In this document: piece by piece, positions 1-9,875 of the stretch
How the letters are laid out: every line of letters starts with the position of its first letter
How positions within the stretch are numbered: the first letter of the stretch is position 1
DNA from: an uncultured Chlamydiales bacterium
GTDB taxonomy: Bacteria > Chlamydiota > Chlamydiia > Chlamydiales > JAAKFR01
Assembly: GCA_963832835.1 (NCBI GenBank)
Contig: CAWHVD010000001.1
Location: 1,707,779-1,771,778 of the forward strand
Reading direction: 5' to 3'
DNA length: 64,000 bases
Notes under the pieces: model-generated
The model's database searches: none
What the model was told of the DNA's origin: nothing
The model's input: only the letters and a program-made list of their open reading frames with translations
Translations under genes and position numbers: made by a program

Positions 1-200
1 AAATTTATTAAACTCATGCAATCATTATAGCAAATCTATATTAATTAATTGTTTAATTAAAATTATTTTTGCATTAATTTTTAATGAGCTTTTCTTTATA
101 AAAAAATTTCCTAGAAGACAGGATAATTCACGAGTTGATTTTACGACCAATAAAATCCTCTTCCGGTGCTGAAAGGGGATTTTTTTTGGAGAAAGTGTTA

Positions 201-361
201 TACCATTTCCAGAAAATAAAGCCATGAAGTGGCGCTGGCTAAAATGACAGATTTGGATGATCGTTTCGAAGCCTATGTTTTTGCGCCTAAGCGAGAAAGG
301 ATCGTTCAAAAATGGCGTGTTATACAGTGCCAATTTGTGGCTTTATTTTCTGGAAATGGTA
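201..361. mobile_element. MITE-A copy 1 (161-bp palindromic non-autonomous element)
   Basis: Ends TACCATTTCCAGAAAATAAAG ... CTTTATTTTCTGGAAATGGTA; near-identical to 8 other full copies; flanks TTA / TAA. Confidence 0.9.
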
Positions 362-703
362 TAAGTGGGTATAATCAAAGGGGTCCAAGTTTGCCTGATT
401 ATTCCGATCTGAAAAGTGAAAAGTGAATGAGAAAATGAGAAAAAGGGGAACGAAAAGCAGCTTATAGTCTCCCGACTTTGACAGTTGCTAGTGAAAATAA
501 TTTTATCACCTAATCGTTAACGGAATAGGAAAATAATGCTGTGCATTGTCGATCGATTTGAATTGATTGTTGAAAAAGCGAGCCTTTTAGGCATCTAATC
601 AGTCACTATTATTACTCCAAAAGACTAACAAACAGTAATATAGAGTTTATCTTAATAAGCTAATCCTGTAAAATTAACTATAGTTAATAATAAGGAGCAG
701 TTA

Positions 704-1399
704 ATGACATACCCAATTATATTCATTAAAGATATTTTTGCACCCTCAAAAGCTCGTGAAGATTTATCCAAAAATTCTGACGATTCCCTAGGAGGGCTCA
801 TTACAGATATGGTAGTTGCCATCCTAATGATGACAACTGCAGGCTGTGCTTTAGGTCACGTCGGTTATTTAGCAAACCTTTCTGAGATAACGTCCATTTC
901 AATGACGGTTGCTGCAGGCACCATCATTGTGGTTGATTGGACCCTATTTACTTTCAAAAAATACAATCCCGACACACTTTCGGATGAATTATTAATTGAG
1001 ACTCCTCAGCCTGCTTCAACTAGCAAACCATTTCGCGACCCTATTGAAGCACCTAAAAAAGAAGGTTTAGAAGTTATCCAACAACGAAAATTGCTAGATC
1101 AAGCTCAATTTCGTCTGCTTGCTGGCAAAAAATACAACATGACACAGATGACATCTAACAAGCTTGCAGATGTGCACAAAGTAGGAATTCATTGGGAGCT
1201 GGTTGCAGCAGATGTGAACCAATTGAGTGATCTTATCAGTGAAGGCCAAGGCAAACTGGGCACATTGACAGCTGATAAGTTAGAGGAAATTGCAAACATG
1301 AGCAACATCGTGTACAACCATGCACAGGGTATTTATGCAGGAATGAGAGCCTCTACTGCCGCCGACCCAGTTGTTTTATTTGAATCACTGTTCAGATAA
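704..1399 (+). CDS. Inc-like membrane protein, putative T3SS effector
   Basis: 231-aa ORF, AAGGAG RBS, bilobed hydrophobic segment at aa ~30-83; N-terminus nearly identical to 1929..2657. Confidence 0.75.
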   Translation: MTYPIIFIKDIFAPSKAREDLSKNSDDSLGGLITDMVVAILMMTTAGCALGHVGYLANLSEITSISMTVAAGTIIVVDWTLFTFKKYNPDTLSDELLIETPQPASTSKPFRDPIEAPKKEGLEVIQQRKLLDQAQFRLLAGKKYNMTQMTSNKLADVHKVGIHWELVAADVNQLSDLISEGQGKLGTLTADKLEEIANMSNIVYNHAQGIYAGMRASTAADPVVLFESLFR

Positions 1400-1445
1400 A
1401 TATGGCCGACGAACAATTACGTTCCTTCGTTGTTTGCCCACTTAA

Positions 1446-1739
1446 TACCATTTATCAAAAATAAACCACGAATTGGTACTTTATAACACGCCATTTTTGA
1501 ACGATCCTTTCTCGCTTAGGTGCAAAACATAGGATTCGAAACGATCCTTCAAATCTAGCATGTTACCCAGTGCCAGCAATTCCCACTGGAGGTATTTCTG
1601 TTTGAGAAGCAATGGGTTGGAAAATGCCGTTTCGTAAACTTTTTTCATTATTTTCTTTGGCAATCAAATACTTAACGTCATTTTCAGTGGGAACCGCTGA
1701 CCCAGTGCCACTTCATGGCTTTATTTTCTGGAAATGGTA
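1446..1739. mobile_element. MITE-A copy 2, interrupted by a nested element
   Basis: MITE-A sequence in reverse orientation, split at ACCCAGTGC by a 126-bp insert; flanks TAA / TAA. Confidence 0.85.
1574..1699. mobile_element. MITE-C, 126-bp element with 9-bp target duplication
   Basis: Imperfect TIRs CAGCAATTCCCACTG / CAGTGGGAACCGCTG; ACCCAGTGC repeated at 1565-1573 and 1700-1708. Confidence 0.85.
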
Positions 1740-1928
1740 TAATTTGCCAATTCAGATGCAAATAACAGACAGCTGCCGTTTTTTGAATTGATTGTGTAAG
1801 AAGCTAGTTTTACAGACATCAAATCAGCGTCTATAATTAATCTATAAGACTGAAAATAAAAACGATACAGTTTACATTAATAAACAAATCCTGTAAAACT
1901 AACTATAGTTAATAATAAGGAGCAGTTA

Positions 1929-2657
1929 ATGACATACCCAATTATATTCATTAAAGATATTTTTGCACCCTCAAAAGCTCATGAAGATTTATCCAAAAAT
2001 TCTTACGAAGACCAAGGGGCACTCATTACAGATATGGTAGTTGCCATCCTAATGATGACAACTGCAGGCTGTGCTTTAGGTCACGTCGGTTATTTAGCAA
2101 ACCTTTCTGAGATAACGTCCATCTCCATGACGGTTGCTGCAGGCACCGTCATTGTGGTTGATTGGGTTCTATTTACTTTCAAAAAATACAATCCCGACAC
2201 ACCTTCAGATGAATTACCAATTGAGCCGCTTAGCGAAATGTCCTCAGAAAACGAAGAAACACTGGTCACCGGTACGCAGAATACAACTAGTGCCAATATA
2301 TCAGCGGTTCCCGTTGAAAATAACGTTAAGCCTTTGAGTACCAAAAAAAATAAGGAAAAAAGTTTACGAAATGAAATTTTGCAACTCGTTGATCTTCAGA
2401 CAGAAAAACCGTCAGCGGGAACTGCTGCCAAGATATCAAACACTAACCGAATATTAAATACTCTATCTGCTCTTCGTAAAAAAAGTCTATATGCTTCACG
2501 TAAAAATAAGCCGAAGTTCACAGTAAGTGCTGCCCAAAAACGCTTGAAGAGCCTACTGCAAGAAGTAAACATGGAAAAGCCCCAGTCAAAATACAGAAAA
2601 TTAACCCGCAACCCCTCGATAAGTCAGCAAAAGGAGTTCCAGGTTGATAAAGAGTGA
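1929..2657 (+). CDS. Inc-like membrane protein, paralog of 704..1399 with a different, basic C-terminus
   Basis: 242-aa ORF, same RBS context and first ~99 codons as 704..1399. Confidence 0.75.
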   Translation: MTYPIIFIKDIFAPSKAHEDLSKNSYEDQGALITDMVVAILMMTTAGCALGHVGYLANLSEITSISMTVAAGTVIVVDWVLFTFKKYNPDTPSDELPIEPLSEMSSENEETLVTGTQNTTSANISAVPVENNVKPLSTKKNKEKSLRNEILQLVDLQTEKPSAGTAAKISNTNRILNTLSALRKKSLYASRKNKPKFTVSAAQKRLKSLLQEVNMEKPQSKYRKLTRNPSISQQKEFQVDKE

Positions 2658-2979
2658 TTTATAAAGAACTTCGAAGGGTAGAAGGCGAACAGATTTGACC
2701 CTCGATTCACTAAATTTTTTCGCATGACACCCAATAGATCTTGCCTCCTATTTTTTGTGTGATGTTTTTTAGCCTACTCGGACTAAACCTATACATTCAT
2801 ACATTCCTTCGTAGTTTTTACGCATTTATTTACCCTGCAGAACCCAGAAATGGCACCCTTCTCACAGTAAAATTTATTATTATTTATACCGCAAAATATT
2901 AATTAATATCACTTTGCTGTTTACCATAATAAAAGAATGCTTTAAAATTATTAAAAGAAACAATTAAAAGGACAACCAT

Positions 2980-4386
2980 ATGGCATATTCAATAACCCTA
3001 CTTGTAAACTCATACTACCCTCCTAAAGCTGAAGAGGGCACTGAAGCTCCCAAAAATCCACTCAATGAGAAGGGCGCCCTCATCATGGATTTGGTGCTCG
3101 CAAGTATTGCTTTGGCAACAGGAGCTTTGGCACTAGCAGCAGGAGCGCATGATCTTGGCCCCCTTAACTTTTTAGGTAATCTCTCCCAAGCATGGTCAAT
3201 TTCTCTCATTTCAGCAGGTGGTGGTATGATCCTCGTTGACCTATCTATCCTTGCCATCAAAAACTGCAAAAAAGAAACCTCAGAAGCACCACTATTACCA
3301 CCCAGAGGCCCAAAAGAAGTAGGTGCTGGTTCAGAAATACAATCTGCTGCACGCCCTAGATCCCCTTCTGCCCCAGCGACACTAAACAGTCCCGATCAAA
3401 CAACGATGCAGTTGAAACAATCTGCTACTCCGCCTAACAATCTAGATAGAGACCCGTTGCCTACCGCACCACTTTCAGGGGATGAGATTCCCCTGGATGA
3501 GCAGGGAAAACAAGAACTGCTGAAACTGGTAGCCTCCCTACCACCTCCTCCATCAATGGAATACGTACAAGATAACATTGAAGATCTCCATGCGAGCTTG
3601 GGATTATTCGTCAAGAAACAGTTGGCGGCTCCTCAAATCGCAACTAATCCTGCTATTGTTCAGGCATCACTTGCTAATATCATCCAAAGAAATGAAGTTA
3701 ATGAAGCCCTCAATTATGTGCGTGAATACTTTGAGAAAAAAGCTAACGCAAAGGTCATTACCCCTTCGGGAGATTTGGGAGCATCCATCATTGATGCTGC
3801 AGCAACTGAAATCGATAGTGCGGACTTACCAGAGTGGCTCGGGTCTTACTTGATAGCCTTGAGCAATTTCATGTACGCAGGAGAGACACAAGAGAGCATA
3901 AAAGCTCGCTTACCTGCTATTTACGAAGCACTTACTAAACTCGAAGCTCAGATTATGGCAGCAAACCGAATAGCGACTGGCGATCCTGAGGCTAACGCAA
4001 TGCGCAAACAGGCAGAGGCAGAGGCGGCTAATAAGGCACGTACTGAAGCTCAATTCAAAAAGCAAACTACAATCTGTAAAAAGGCCCGATGGTTCAAGCC
4101 TTTTAGCGATAAGAAATATGATCTGACAACGATGGATCTCACCAAACTCAAATCGAACGGAAAAAATGTACTAGTAGGGTTAGTCGACTTAGGTGACGTC
4201 TATCGAGACGTCGAAAAACTCCGCAGGCGTCTCGAAGCCGTTAAGCCAGATCAGCTTTTAGACGAAGCCAAATTACAAGAAATTGAGGCACAGGGCACTA
4301 AAGTTACTGAAATTGCCAAGAAGATCAAGAAAGCGCTCGAGGGCCTACAACAGGGACTCGCGCAATTTGAAGGATTATTTGCTTAA
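2980..4386 (+). CDS. Inc-like membrane protein with Pro-rich linker and helical/coiled-coil C-terminus
   Basis: 468-aa ORF, AAGGA RBS, hydrophobic hairpin at aa ~33-93. Confidence 0.8.
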   Translation: MAYSITLLVNSYYPPKAEEGTEAPKNPLNEKGALIMDLVLASIALATGALALAAGAHDLGPLNFLGNLSQAWSISLISAGGGMILVDLSILAIKNCKKETSEAPLLPPRGPKEVGAGSEIQSAARPRSPSAPATLNSPDQTTMQLKQSATPPNNLDRDPLPTAPLSGDEIPLDEQGKQELLKLVASLPPPPSMEYVQDNIEDLHASLGLFVKKQLAAPQIATNPAIVQASLANIIQRNEVNEALNYVREYFEKKANAKVITPSGDLGASIIDAAATEIDSADLPEWLGSYLIALSNFMYAGETQESIKARLPAIYEALTKLEAQIMAANRIATGDPEANAMRKQAEAEAANKARTEAQFKKQTTICKKARWFKPFSDKKYDLTTMDLTKLKSNGKNVLVGLVDLGDVYRDVEKLRRRLEAVKPDQLLDEAKLQEIEAQGTKVTEIAKKIKKALEGLQQGLAQFEGLFA

Positions 4387-4393
4387 GCGAGAG

Positions 4394-4416
4394 GAAGGCG
4401 GCCTTTGGCCGCCTTC
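4394..4416. terminator. Hairpin between convergent genes
   Basis: GAAGGCGGCC-TTT-GGCCGCCTTC perfect 10-bp stem. Confidence 0.65.
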
Positions 4417-4420
4417 TGAT

Positions 4421-5533
4421 TTATAGGGCTTCTAGGCGTTTGATTGCTTCTACGATGAGCTTGATGGCGGCATCGATTTCGGCTCTGGTTGTGAACCTGC
4501 TAAGAGAAAAGCGGAGTGAGCTACGAGCCAGGGTGGGGCCAAGTCCCATGTTAAGCAGGACGCGGGAGGGCTCTAGAGTACCCGATGAACAAGCAGCTCC
4601 ATGAGAGCTCGCCAAACCCGCAAGATCAAGTGTCATTAAAAGAGTTTCTCCGTCTATCCCCGGAAAAGCGATGTGCGAGGTATTACAAATCCTCGGCTGA
4701 TCTTGGCCATGTACCACCATATTGGGAATGGCAAGGGAAAGCTGTTTTTCAAAATGATCCCGTAATTGAGTCATCTGATGCATCCATTTTTCACCATGCT
4801 GGCTAAGCAGATCGAGGGCTTTGGCAAAGCCAACAATCGCAGGGATGTTTTCGGTCCCTGCGCGAAGACTGCGCTGTTGCGCTCCTCCTACAATCAACGG
4901 ATCGGCTTTATGTGTTTTACGGATGATAGCAATCCCTATTCCTAGAGGTCCGTGGATCTTATGACCACTAAAGCTGGCAGCCCAAATGCCTTTTGGTAAT
5001 AAGACGGGCTCCTTACCTAGCAGTGCAACACCATCGAGCACAAAGGGAATGGACATGCGCTCTGCAAGTGCCGCAATAGGGACATAATCTGTTTTAACTC
5101 CCGTCTCATTATTGGCCGCAGTCAAAATGATCATGCGGGTGTGTGGTTGTAGAGCCCCGCTCACTTGGGCTAGAGTGACCGATCCTTGGTTCTTCTCTGG
5201 GGAAAGATAAGTAACCTGGCATCCGGAAAGTTTTAAGGGCTCGAGCACCGCAGCATGCTCTAATGTGCTCGTGATGACATGTGAACCTCTCGGTACGCTG
5301 CGAATCACTAAATTAAGGGCTTCGGTAGCACCTGAGGTAAAAATGAGCTCATCGGTACGGACGTTAAAAAACCGGGCACATTGGCGAGTGGCTTCAGTGA
5401 GAGCCCCTTTAGCTTGTTGACCCAATCGATGGACACTCGATGCGTTGCCGGTTATTGAGCTGAGAAAAGGTTGCATCGCATCCAACACTTCAGGATCAAG
5501 AAGTGTCGTAGCGTTATTATCGAGATAAATCAT
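4421..5533 (-). CDS. Cysteine desulfurase (NifS/IscS family)
   Basis: IYLDNNATT, FTSGATE, SGHKIHGP (PLP Lys), GAACSSG (catalytic Cys). Confidence 0.95.
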   Translation of the reverse strand: MIYLDNNATTLLDPEVLDAMQPFLSSITGNASSVHRLGQQAKGALTEATRQCARFFNVRTDELIFTSGATEALNLVIRSVPRGSHVITSTLEHAAVLEPLKLSGCQVTYLSPEKNQGSVTLAQVSGALQPHTRMIILTAANNETGVKTDYVPIAALAERMSIPFVLDGVALLGKEPVLLPKGIWAASFSGHKIHGPLGIGIAIIRKTHKADPLIVGGAQQRSLRAGTENIPAIVGFAKALDLLSQHGEKWMHQMTQLRDHFEKQLSLAIPNMVVHGQDQPRICNTSHIAFPGIDGETLLMTLDLAGLASSHGAACSSGTLEPSRVLLNMGLGPTLARSSLRFSLSRFTTRAEIDAAIKLIVEAIKRLEAL

Positions 5534-5538
5534 ATATC

Positions 5539-6294
5539 CTAAGTATAACCAGCTTCTACCAAAACAGCTGTGACGTTATCTCCTCCCCCATTTTCATTAG
5601 CTACGTCGATCAGCGCCTGTCCTTTAATGTCTAAAGAGCCGCTGGCTTGGATAATTTCGGTGATTTGCTCGGGTGTCACATAGTTGCTCAGACCATCTGA
5701 ACACAGGAGAAAAACATCGTGGGGTTCTACTTGAACAGTGGCAAGGGAAGGTTCTATATGGGGCTGTGTCCCGATGGCACGGGTTAAAATGTGTTTATAA
5801 GGAAAAGAATCGGCTTCAGCCGACTCAATTGCCCCCAGAGCCGTTAGCTCTGCGACAAGGGAATGGTCTTCGGTTAATGGCTCTAGCACCCCTTCGCGAA
5901 AACGGTAAATACGGCTGTCGCCTACATGTGCTACGATTGCCTCCTTTCTCAAGAAAAAAAGAGAGCAGAGGGTTGTGCCCATCCCTTTTAAGTCATCGTC
6001 ATGTTGTCCTTGTCTGTAGATATAGGCATTTACTTTGAGAAAGGCCTCTTGAAAAAAGGCTTTTGCTTTACTGGCAGGAACCTCTTGGTTGGTCTTCCAT
6101 TCGTTGAATAGTCTGTAGAGGTACTCGACCGCCTCGCTAGCAGCTACTTCTCCACAAGCATGACCTCCCATTCCATCTGCTAGAAGGAAAAGTCCAACAT
6201 CCGGATAGGCTGCCCACACATCTTCGTTGTGATCGCGCACAAGCCCGATATCGGTCATCCCAAAACTTTCTAAATGTAAAGTCTTATAAGGCAT
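5539..6294 (-). CDS. PP2C-family Ser/Thr protein phosphatase
   Basis: R-x-x-NED, ADGMGGH, HVGDSR, LCSDG, GGGDNVT motifs. Confidence 0.95.
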   Translation of the reverse strand: MPYKTLHLESFGMTDIGLVRDHNEDVWAAYPDVGLFLLADGMGGHACGEVAASEAVEYLYRLFNEWKTNQEVPASKAKAFFQEAFLKVNAYIYRQGQHDDDLKGMGTTLCSLFFLRKEAIVAHVGDSRIYRFREGVLEPLTEDHSLVAELTALGAIESAEADSFPYKHILTRAIGTQPHIEPSLATVQVEPHDVFLLCSDGLSNYVTPEQITEIIQASGSLDIKGQALIDVANENGGGDNVTAVLVEAGYT

Positions 6295-6347
6295 ATTTTA
6301 GGCTATTATACCTCAAACCACCTTCTAAATCGAATAAAAAAAAATTT

Positions 6348-6626
6348 GTGACTATTCATGAGCCAGCAGAATCCTTAAGGCAGGCCAAGTTTGCCAAGCT
6401 GGGAGTGGATAGTCACCACAGAAAGGCTTTCAACCGAAAAGATGGGTTATACCATTTCCAGAAAATAAAGTCATGAAGTGGTACTGGGTAACATGACAGA
6501 TTTGGACGATCGTTTCGAAGCCTATGTTTTTGCACCTAAGCGAGAAAGGATCGTTCAAAAATAGTGTGTTATACAGTGCCAATTTGTGACTTTATTTTCT
6601 GGAGATGGTATTACCTGAATAGTTAC
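6348..6626. mobile_element. MITE-B copy 1 (internally deleted, carries MITE-A copy 3)
   Basis: TIRs GTGACTATTCA / TGAATAGTTAC; AAAATTT on both sides; homologous to 22475..22663. Confidence 0.75.
6450..6610. mobile_element. MITE-A copy 3
   Basis: 161 bp, TIRs as in copy 1; flanks TTA / TTA; lies inside MITE-B. Confidence 0.9.
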
Positions 6627-6986
6627 AAAATTTTCGACTCTCAACGAACCGCCAGAGCACTCTGGGAAAAACATACTTTGCCCATTTAGATCCATGCACC
6701 CAAATATATAAATAAAGTTCTAAGTCTATAAAGACTAGCGTTAAAGAAACGAATTTGTTATCTTCCCTGCCAACAAGCTTGGTGCGTTTGCACTTTAAGA
6801 AAAATGCCCTGAGGAATTCACTGGAATGCCTTTTTGGGAACTTTTCTAATTAAGACCGCGCCCTTAAACTTAATGAACTACCTATCAAGCATTTAGGTTT
6901 TCTTTGGGTACAAAGGCGTCGGTCTTGATGCGTGCAGCACTAGGAATGAAAAACGAACTACGCTAATCAGATATTATTTTACCGAG

Positions 6987-7829
6987 GTGAGAATGAAAAA
7001 ACTCTTTACAACATTATTAACTGTTCTAGCTTGCGGCTCGGTTTATGCCTTGCCCGTGGGAAACCCCTCTGACGCCAGCTTGCTTTGCGACGGACTGCTT
7101 TGGGAAGGCCATTGCGGAGATCCTTGCGATCCTTGCTTAACATGGTGCGACGCATTTAGCCTCCGTGTTGGCTTTTACGGCGACTATGTTTTCAACAGAC
7201 ATTTGGAAATTGACCGCCACGAAGATGGTAGTGACATCGAAAGCGCCCAGCTTTACACAAATGCCGGCATGGTAGTTGCAAACTTCTGGGACCGCATGGA
7301 TGTTTTTGCAACATTTGGTGCTACTAATCTCCTTCTCGAAACCAACGCATCTGCCTTCGGCGGTACTAATGGCAGCCGCTTCGTCTTAGAAACTGAGACA
7401 AACTTCTCTTGGAGCGTGGGTGCACGTGGAACGATTTGGGAATGTGGATGCACAAGCTTAGGTATTGAAGGACAATACTTCTATACAAAACCTGATGTAC
7501 GCCGCGTCACAGTAGGTGCTACAGACAGTGCCTATCTTGACAATACCGTCTCTTCCAAATACCGTGAATGGCAAGTTGGGGTGGGTCTTTCCCATCGTAT
7601 CAACATTTTCGTTCCCTATGTTGCTGTAAAGTGGAGCCGTGCTCGCTTTACTTTTGACAATGCAATACCCGGAGTTGACGCTACTACTCTTCATAACCTA
7701 GGGAATAAGAAGGACTGGGGTTACGCTGTAGGTGTTTCGATTGTTGATTGCGAAAAAGCAAGTTTGACTGTCGAAGGACGCTTTGGCGATGAAAAAGCTG
7801 TTCACGTGAACGGCCAAATCCGCTTCTAA
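6987..7829 (+). CDS. ompA: Chlamydial major outer membrane porin (MOMP/OmpA family), short form
   Basis: Signal peptide, then LPVGNP...WEG..GDPCDPC.TWCDA...VGFYGDYVF; C-terminal GQIRF. Confidence 0.9.
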   Translation: MRMKKLFTTLLTVLACGSVYALPVGNPSDASLLCDGLLWEGHCGDPCDPCLTWCDAFSLRVGFYGDYVFNRHLEIDRHEDGSDIESAQLYTNAGMVVANFWDRMDVFATFGATNLLLETNASAFGGTNGSRFVLETETNFSWSVGARGTIWECGCTSLGIEGQYFYTKPDVRRVTVGATDSAYLDNTVSSKYREWQVGVGLSHRINIFVPYVAVKWSRARFTFDNAIPGVDATTLHNLGNKKDWGYAVGVSIVDCEKASLTVEGRFGDEKAVHVNGQIRF

Positions 7830-7858
7830 GCTTAGACTAAGATTCATTCCAATGTTAG

Positions 7859-7891
7859 CGGGGCGCATGCACAATGCGCCCCGTTTTTTTT
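7859..7891 (+). terminator. Rho-independent terminator of ompA
   Basis: CGGGGCGCAT-GCACA-ATGCGCCCCG followed by a T run. Confidence 0.85.
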
Positions 7892-7906
7892 GTACTCAAG
7901 TTGTGA

Positions 7907-8067
7907 TACCATTTCCAGAAAATAAAGTCATGAAGTGGCACTGGGTAACATGACAGATTTGGATGATCGTTTCGAAGCCTATATTTTTGCACCTAAGTGA
8001 GAAAGGATCGTTCAAAAATGGCGTGTTACCCAGTGCCACTTCATGACTTTATTTTCTGGAAATGGTA
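7907..8067. mobile_element. MITE-A copy 4 (perfect 44-bp inverted arms)
   Basis: 161 bp; flanks TGA / TAA. Confidence 0.9.
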
Positions 8068-8089
8068 TAAGCAGAGTCCGGTATGATCT

Positions 8090-8965
8090 CTATTGAGCAA
8101 AGGTGATGACAAGGATGTTAAGGCTATTGAAGGTCGCATGCAGCGCTACAGGAGCCCATAACGTGCGCTCCCTTTCATAAATAAAGCCCAAGAAGCACGA
8201 AAGCACCAGAAGAGATAAAATGAGTTGAAAATTTCCGGTACCTTGGCTGGAAGAATAGTGGAAGCAAGAAAAAATCAGTGCTGTCAACGCAATTGCCCAG
8301 CGTCGATTCAGGTATCTCTTGAGAACGTTTTGTAATAGACCTCGGAAGAGAAGCTCCTCCATAAAGGGGACAAAGAGACTTACCACAAGGATCATCGATA
8401 TGAAAAGTGGAGTATTATCCATAGTCATTTTCAGCTGCTTGACGGCCACCTGCTCTAAGTGGCTCTCTCCCCATAGCCATTTCGCTAGAGCTGTAGAGAT
8501 GACTGTTGATACAAGGACAAAAGGATAACTTACAATCCATCCGACAAATCCCATACCGACACTCTTAGCAAAGCGTACCCAGCTCGCCTGTTTTTCTCCC
8601 CAGAAAATAAAATGACGCGTTTGAGGGGAAATGAGAAAGCAATAGAGGACCAGTATAAGAAGAAGGAGGCATAAGCCACCCAATTGGCCCCAACCTTTCC
8701 ACAATGGGGATAGATCTTTGAAGGAGATAACCGATCCATTGACCAGGTAAACCACTAGGGTAATTACAAGCGGTATGATGACCGAAGCAGCAACAAGGTA
8801 GCTAAGTGCTCCACCTGCAAGATGGACCCAGGTTACAGGAGAGCTGCGAGTGGGTTGAGGGAGACGAAAAAAACCATTTTGTTTGGCAACCCAAATGACA
8901 AAAGTGAGCAGCAGTAAGAGGTAGAAGAAAGTTCCGACTGACTGCTCACTTCTGATGAGGTCCAA
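8090..8965 (-). CDS. CPBP/Abi-family intramembrane glutamic protease
   Basis: Multi-TM; EELLFRG, F-x-x-x-H and H-x-x-x-N motifs. Confidence 0.9.
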   Translation of the reverse strand: MDLIRSEQSVGTFFYLLLLLTFVIWVAKQNGFFRLPQPTRSSPVTWVHLAGGALSYLVAASVIIPLVITLVVYLVNGSVISFKDLSPLWKGWGQLGGLCLLLLILVLYCFLISPQTRHFIFWGEKQASWVRFAKSVGMGFVGWIVSYPFVLVSTVISTALAKWLWGESHLEQVAVKQLKMTMDNTPLFISMILVVSLFVPFMEELLFRGLLQNVLKRYLNRRWAIALTALIFSCFHYSSSQGTGNFQLILSLLVLSCFLGFIYERERTLWAPVALHATFNSLNILVITFAQ

Positions 8966-9604
8966 TTATTGCGATGCCTCTATGTAAGCTTCCACTCGGC
9001 CAACCAGCTCTCGCACCAAGCGATTATGTGCTATGCCCATGGGCGTGTAGTTAAAGGCATCGGTGCCCCATGCCATTTTTTCATAATCACAATGCATGTA
9101 GGGTCTTGCCACTACATAGTCCTTATCTAATACTTCTTGCAAGATGACCTTTGGGGTAGATTGACGCAAGTCAAGAACGCGTACTCGCAACGCAAATGTC
9201 AATATGGCGCCCAGCTCTGAGCGTGCCCTAAACGCTTTTTCTTTCTGCTCGATCACTTCGGTGATAATTGCATACTCAGCTTCTCCCAAGCTCTCCGAGG
9301 CGCTGCGAGAGATAGACTGGGGATTGGGAACACTGAGCAACTGGGCCAGTTCTAGGCTGGTGGGCTCCCGATGTAAGTAGATTCTATTCGACTCATATAC
9401 TTTCTTGCGGATTTCATCTGTCAGCTCCTGAGATAAATCCCATGGAATATCTGCCATAACGGTTTGGTTGATGACAGGAAGAACTGCGACAACTGCTTTT
9501 TGCCTTCCAGAAATTTGATAAAGCGAGGTATCGCCATAGTGTCTTACACATCCTCCGCAAAGCAGAGCGGCTGCGGTTATTGCTAAAATCAGTCGTTTCA
9601 TCAT
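8966..9604 (-). CDS. Conserved chlamydial lipoprotein (CT253-like)
   Basis: Lipoprotein-type signal ending GGC; VAVLPV and W..DAFN.TPMG.AH motifs; next to the CPBP gene as in Chlamydia. Confidence 0.7.
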   Translation of the reverse strand: MMKRLILAITAAALLCGGCVRHYGDTSLYQISGRQKAVVAVLPVINQTVMADIPWDLSQELTDEIRKKVYESNRIYLHREPTSLELAQLLSVPNPQSISRSASESLGEAEYAIITEVIEQKEKAFRARSELGAILTFALRVRVLDLRQSTPKVILQEVLDKDYVVARPYMHCDYEKMAWGTDAFNYTPMGIAHNRLVRELVGRVEAYIEASQ

Positions 9605-9777
9605 GAGGTCCTTGTCGTTGGTCTTAATTGACGGGGATTATAATTTCCACAATTATTGAACACAAGACACGCTTTGATGGCAGCAATGTACTTTCGCGCC
9701 AAATCGAGATTGGTCAAAGCAGCGTAGGGTAAATTTTCAAGAGGGAGATACTGGCATTAACAGTGGGAGAAGAAAAA

Positions 9778-9874
9778 GCCGGAGAGTGTCTTGAGGCAAA
9801 AGACTAAATCCTTAAGGCTGCTACCTTCCGGTTCTGACCTGGTTCGGACCGTCCCCTTCCACAAGGTCCCCGGC
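9778..9874 (-). ncRNA. ffs: Signal recognition particle RNA (4.5S)
   Basis: Minus strand GCCGGGG...CAGGTCAGAACCGGAAGGTAGCAGC...CTCCGGC then TTTTT: SRP domain IV with GGAA tetraloop and paired ends. Confidence 0.9.
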
Positions 9875-9875
9875 G

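Noticed and set aside
25-426. Short ORFs overlapping MITE-A (also 1481-1663, 22629-22997, 38839-39352, 46490-46672, 53102-53317)
   Set aside because: They are translations of the repeat. In the copies I read through, no frame stays open across the whole element and 161+3 bp is not a multiple of 3, so it is not an in-frame coding insert like Rickettsia palindromic elements.
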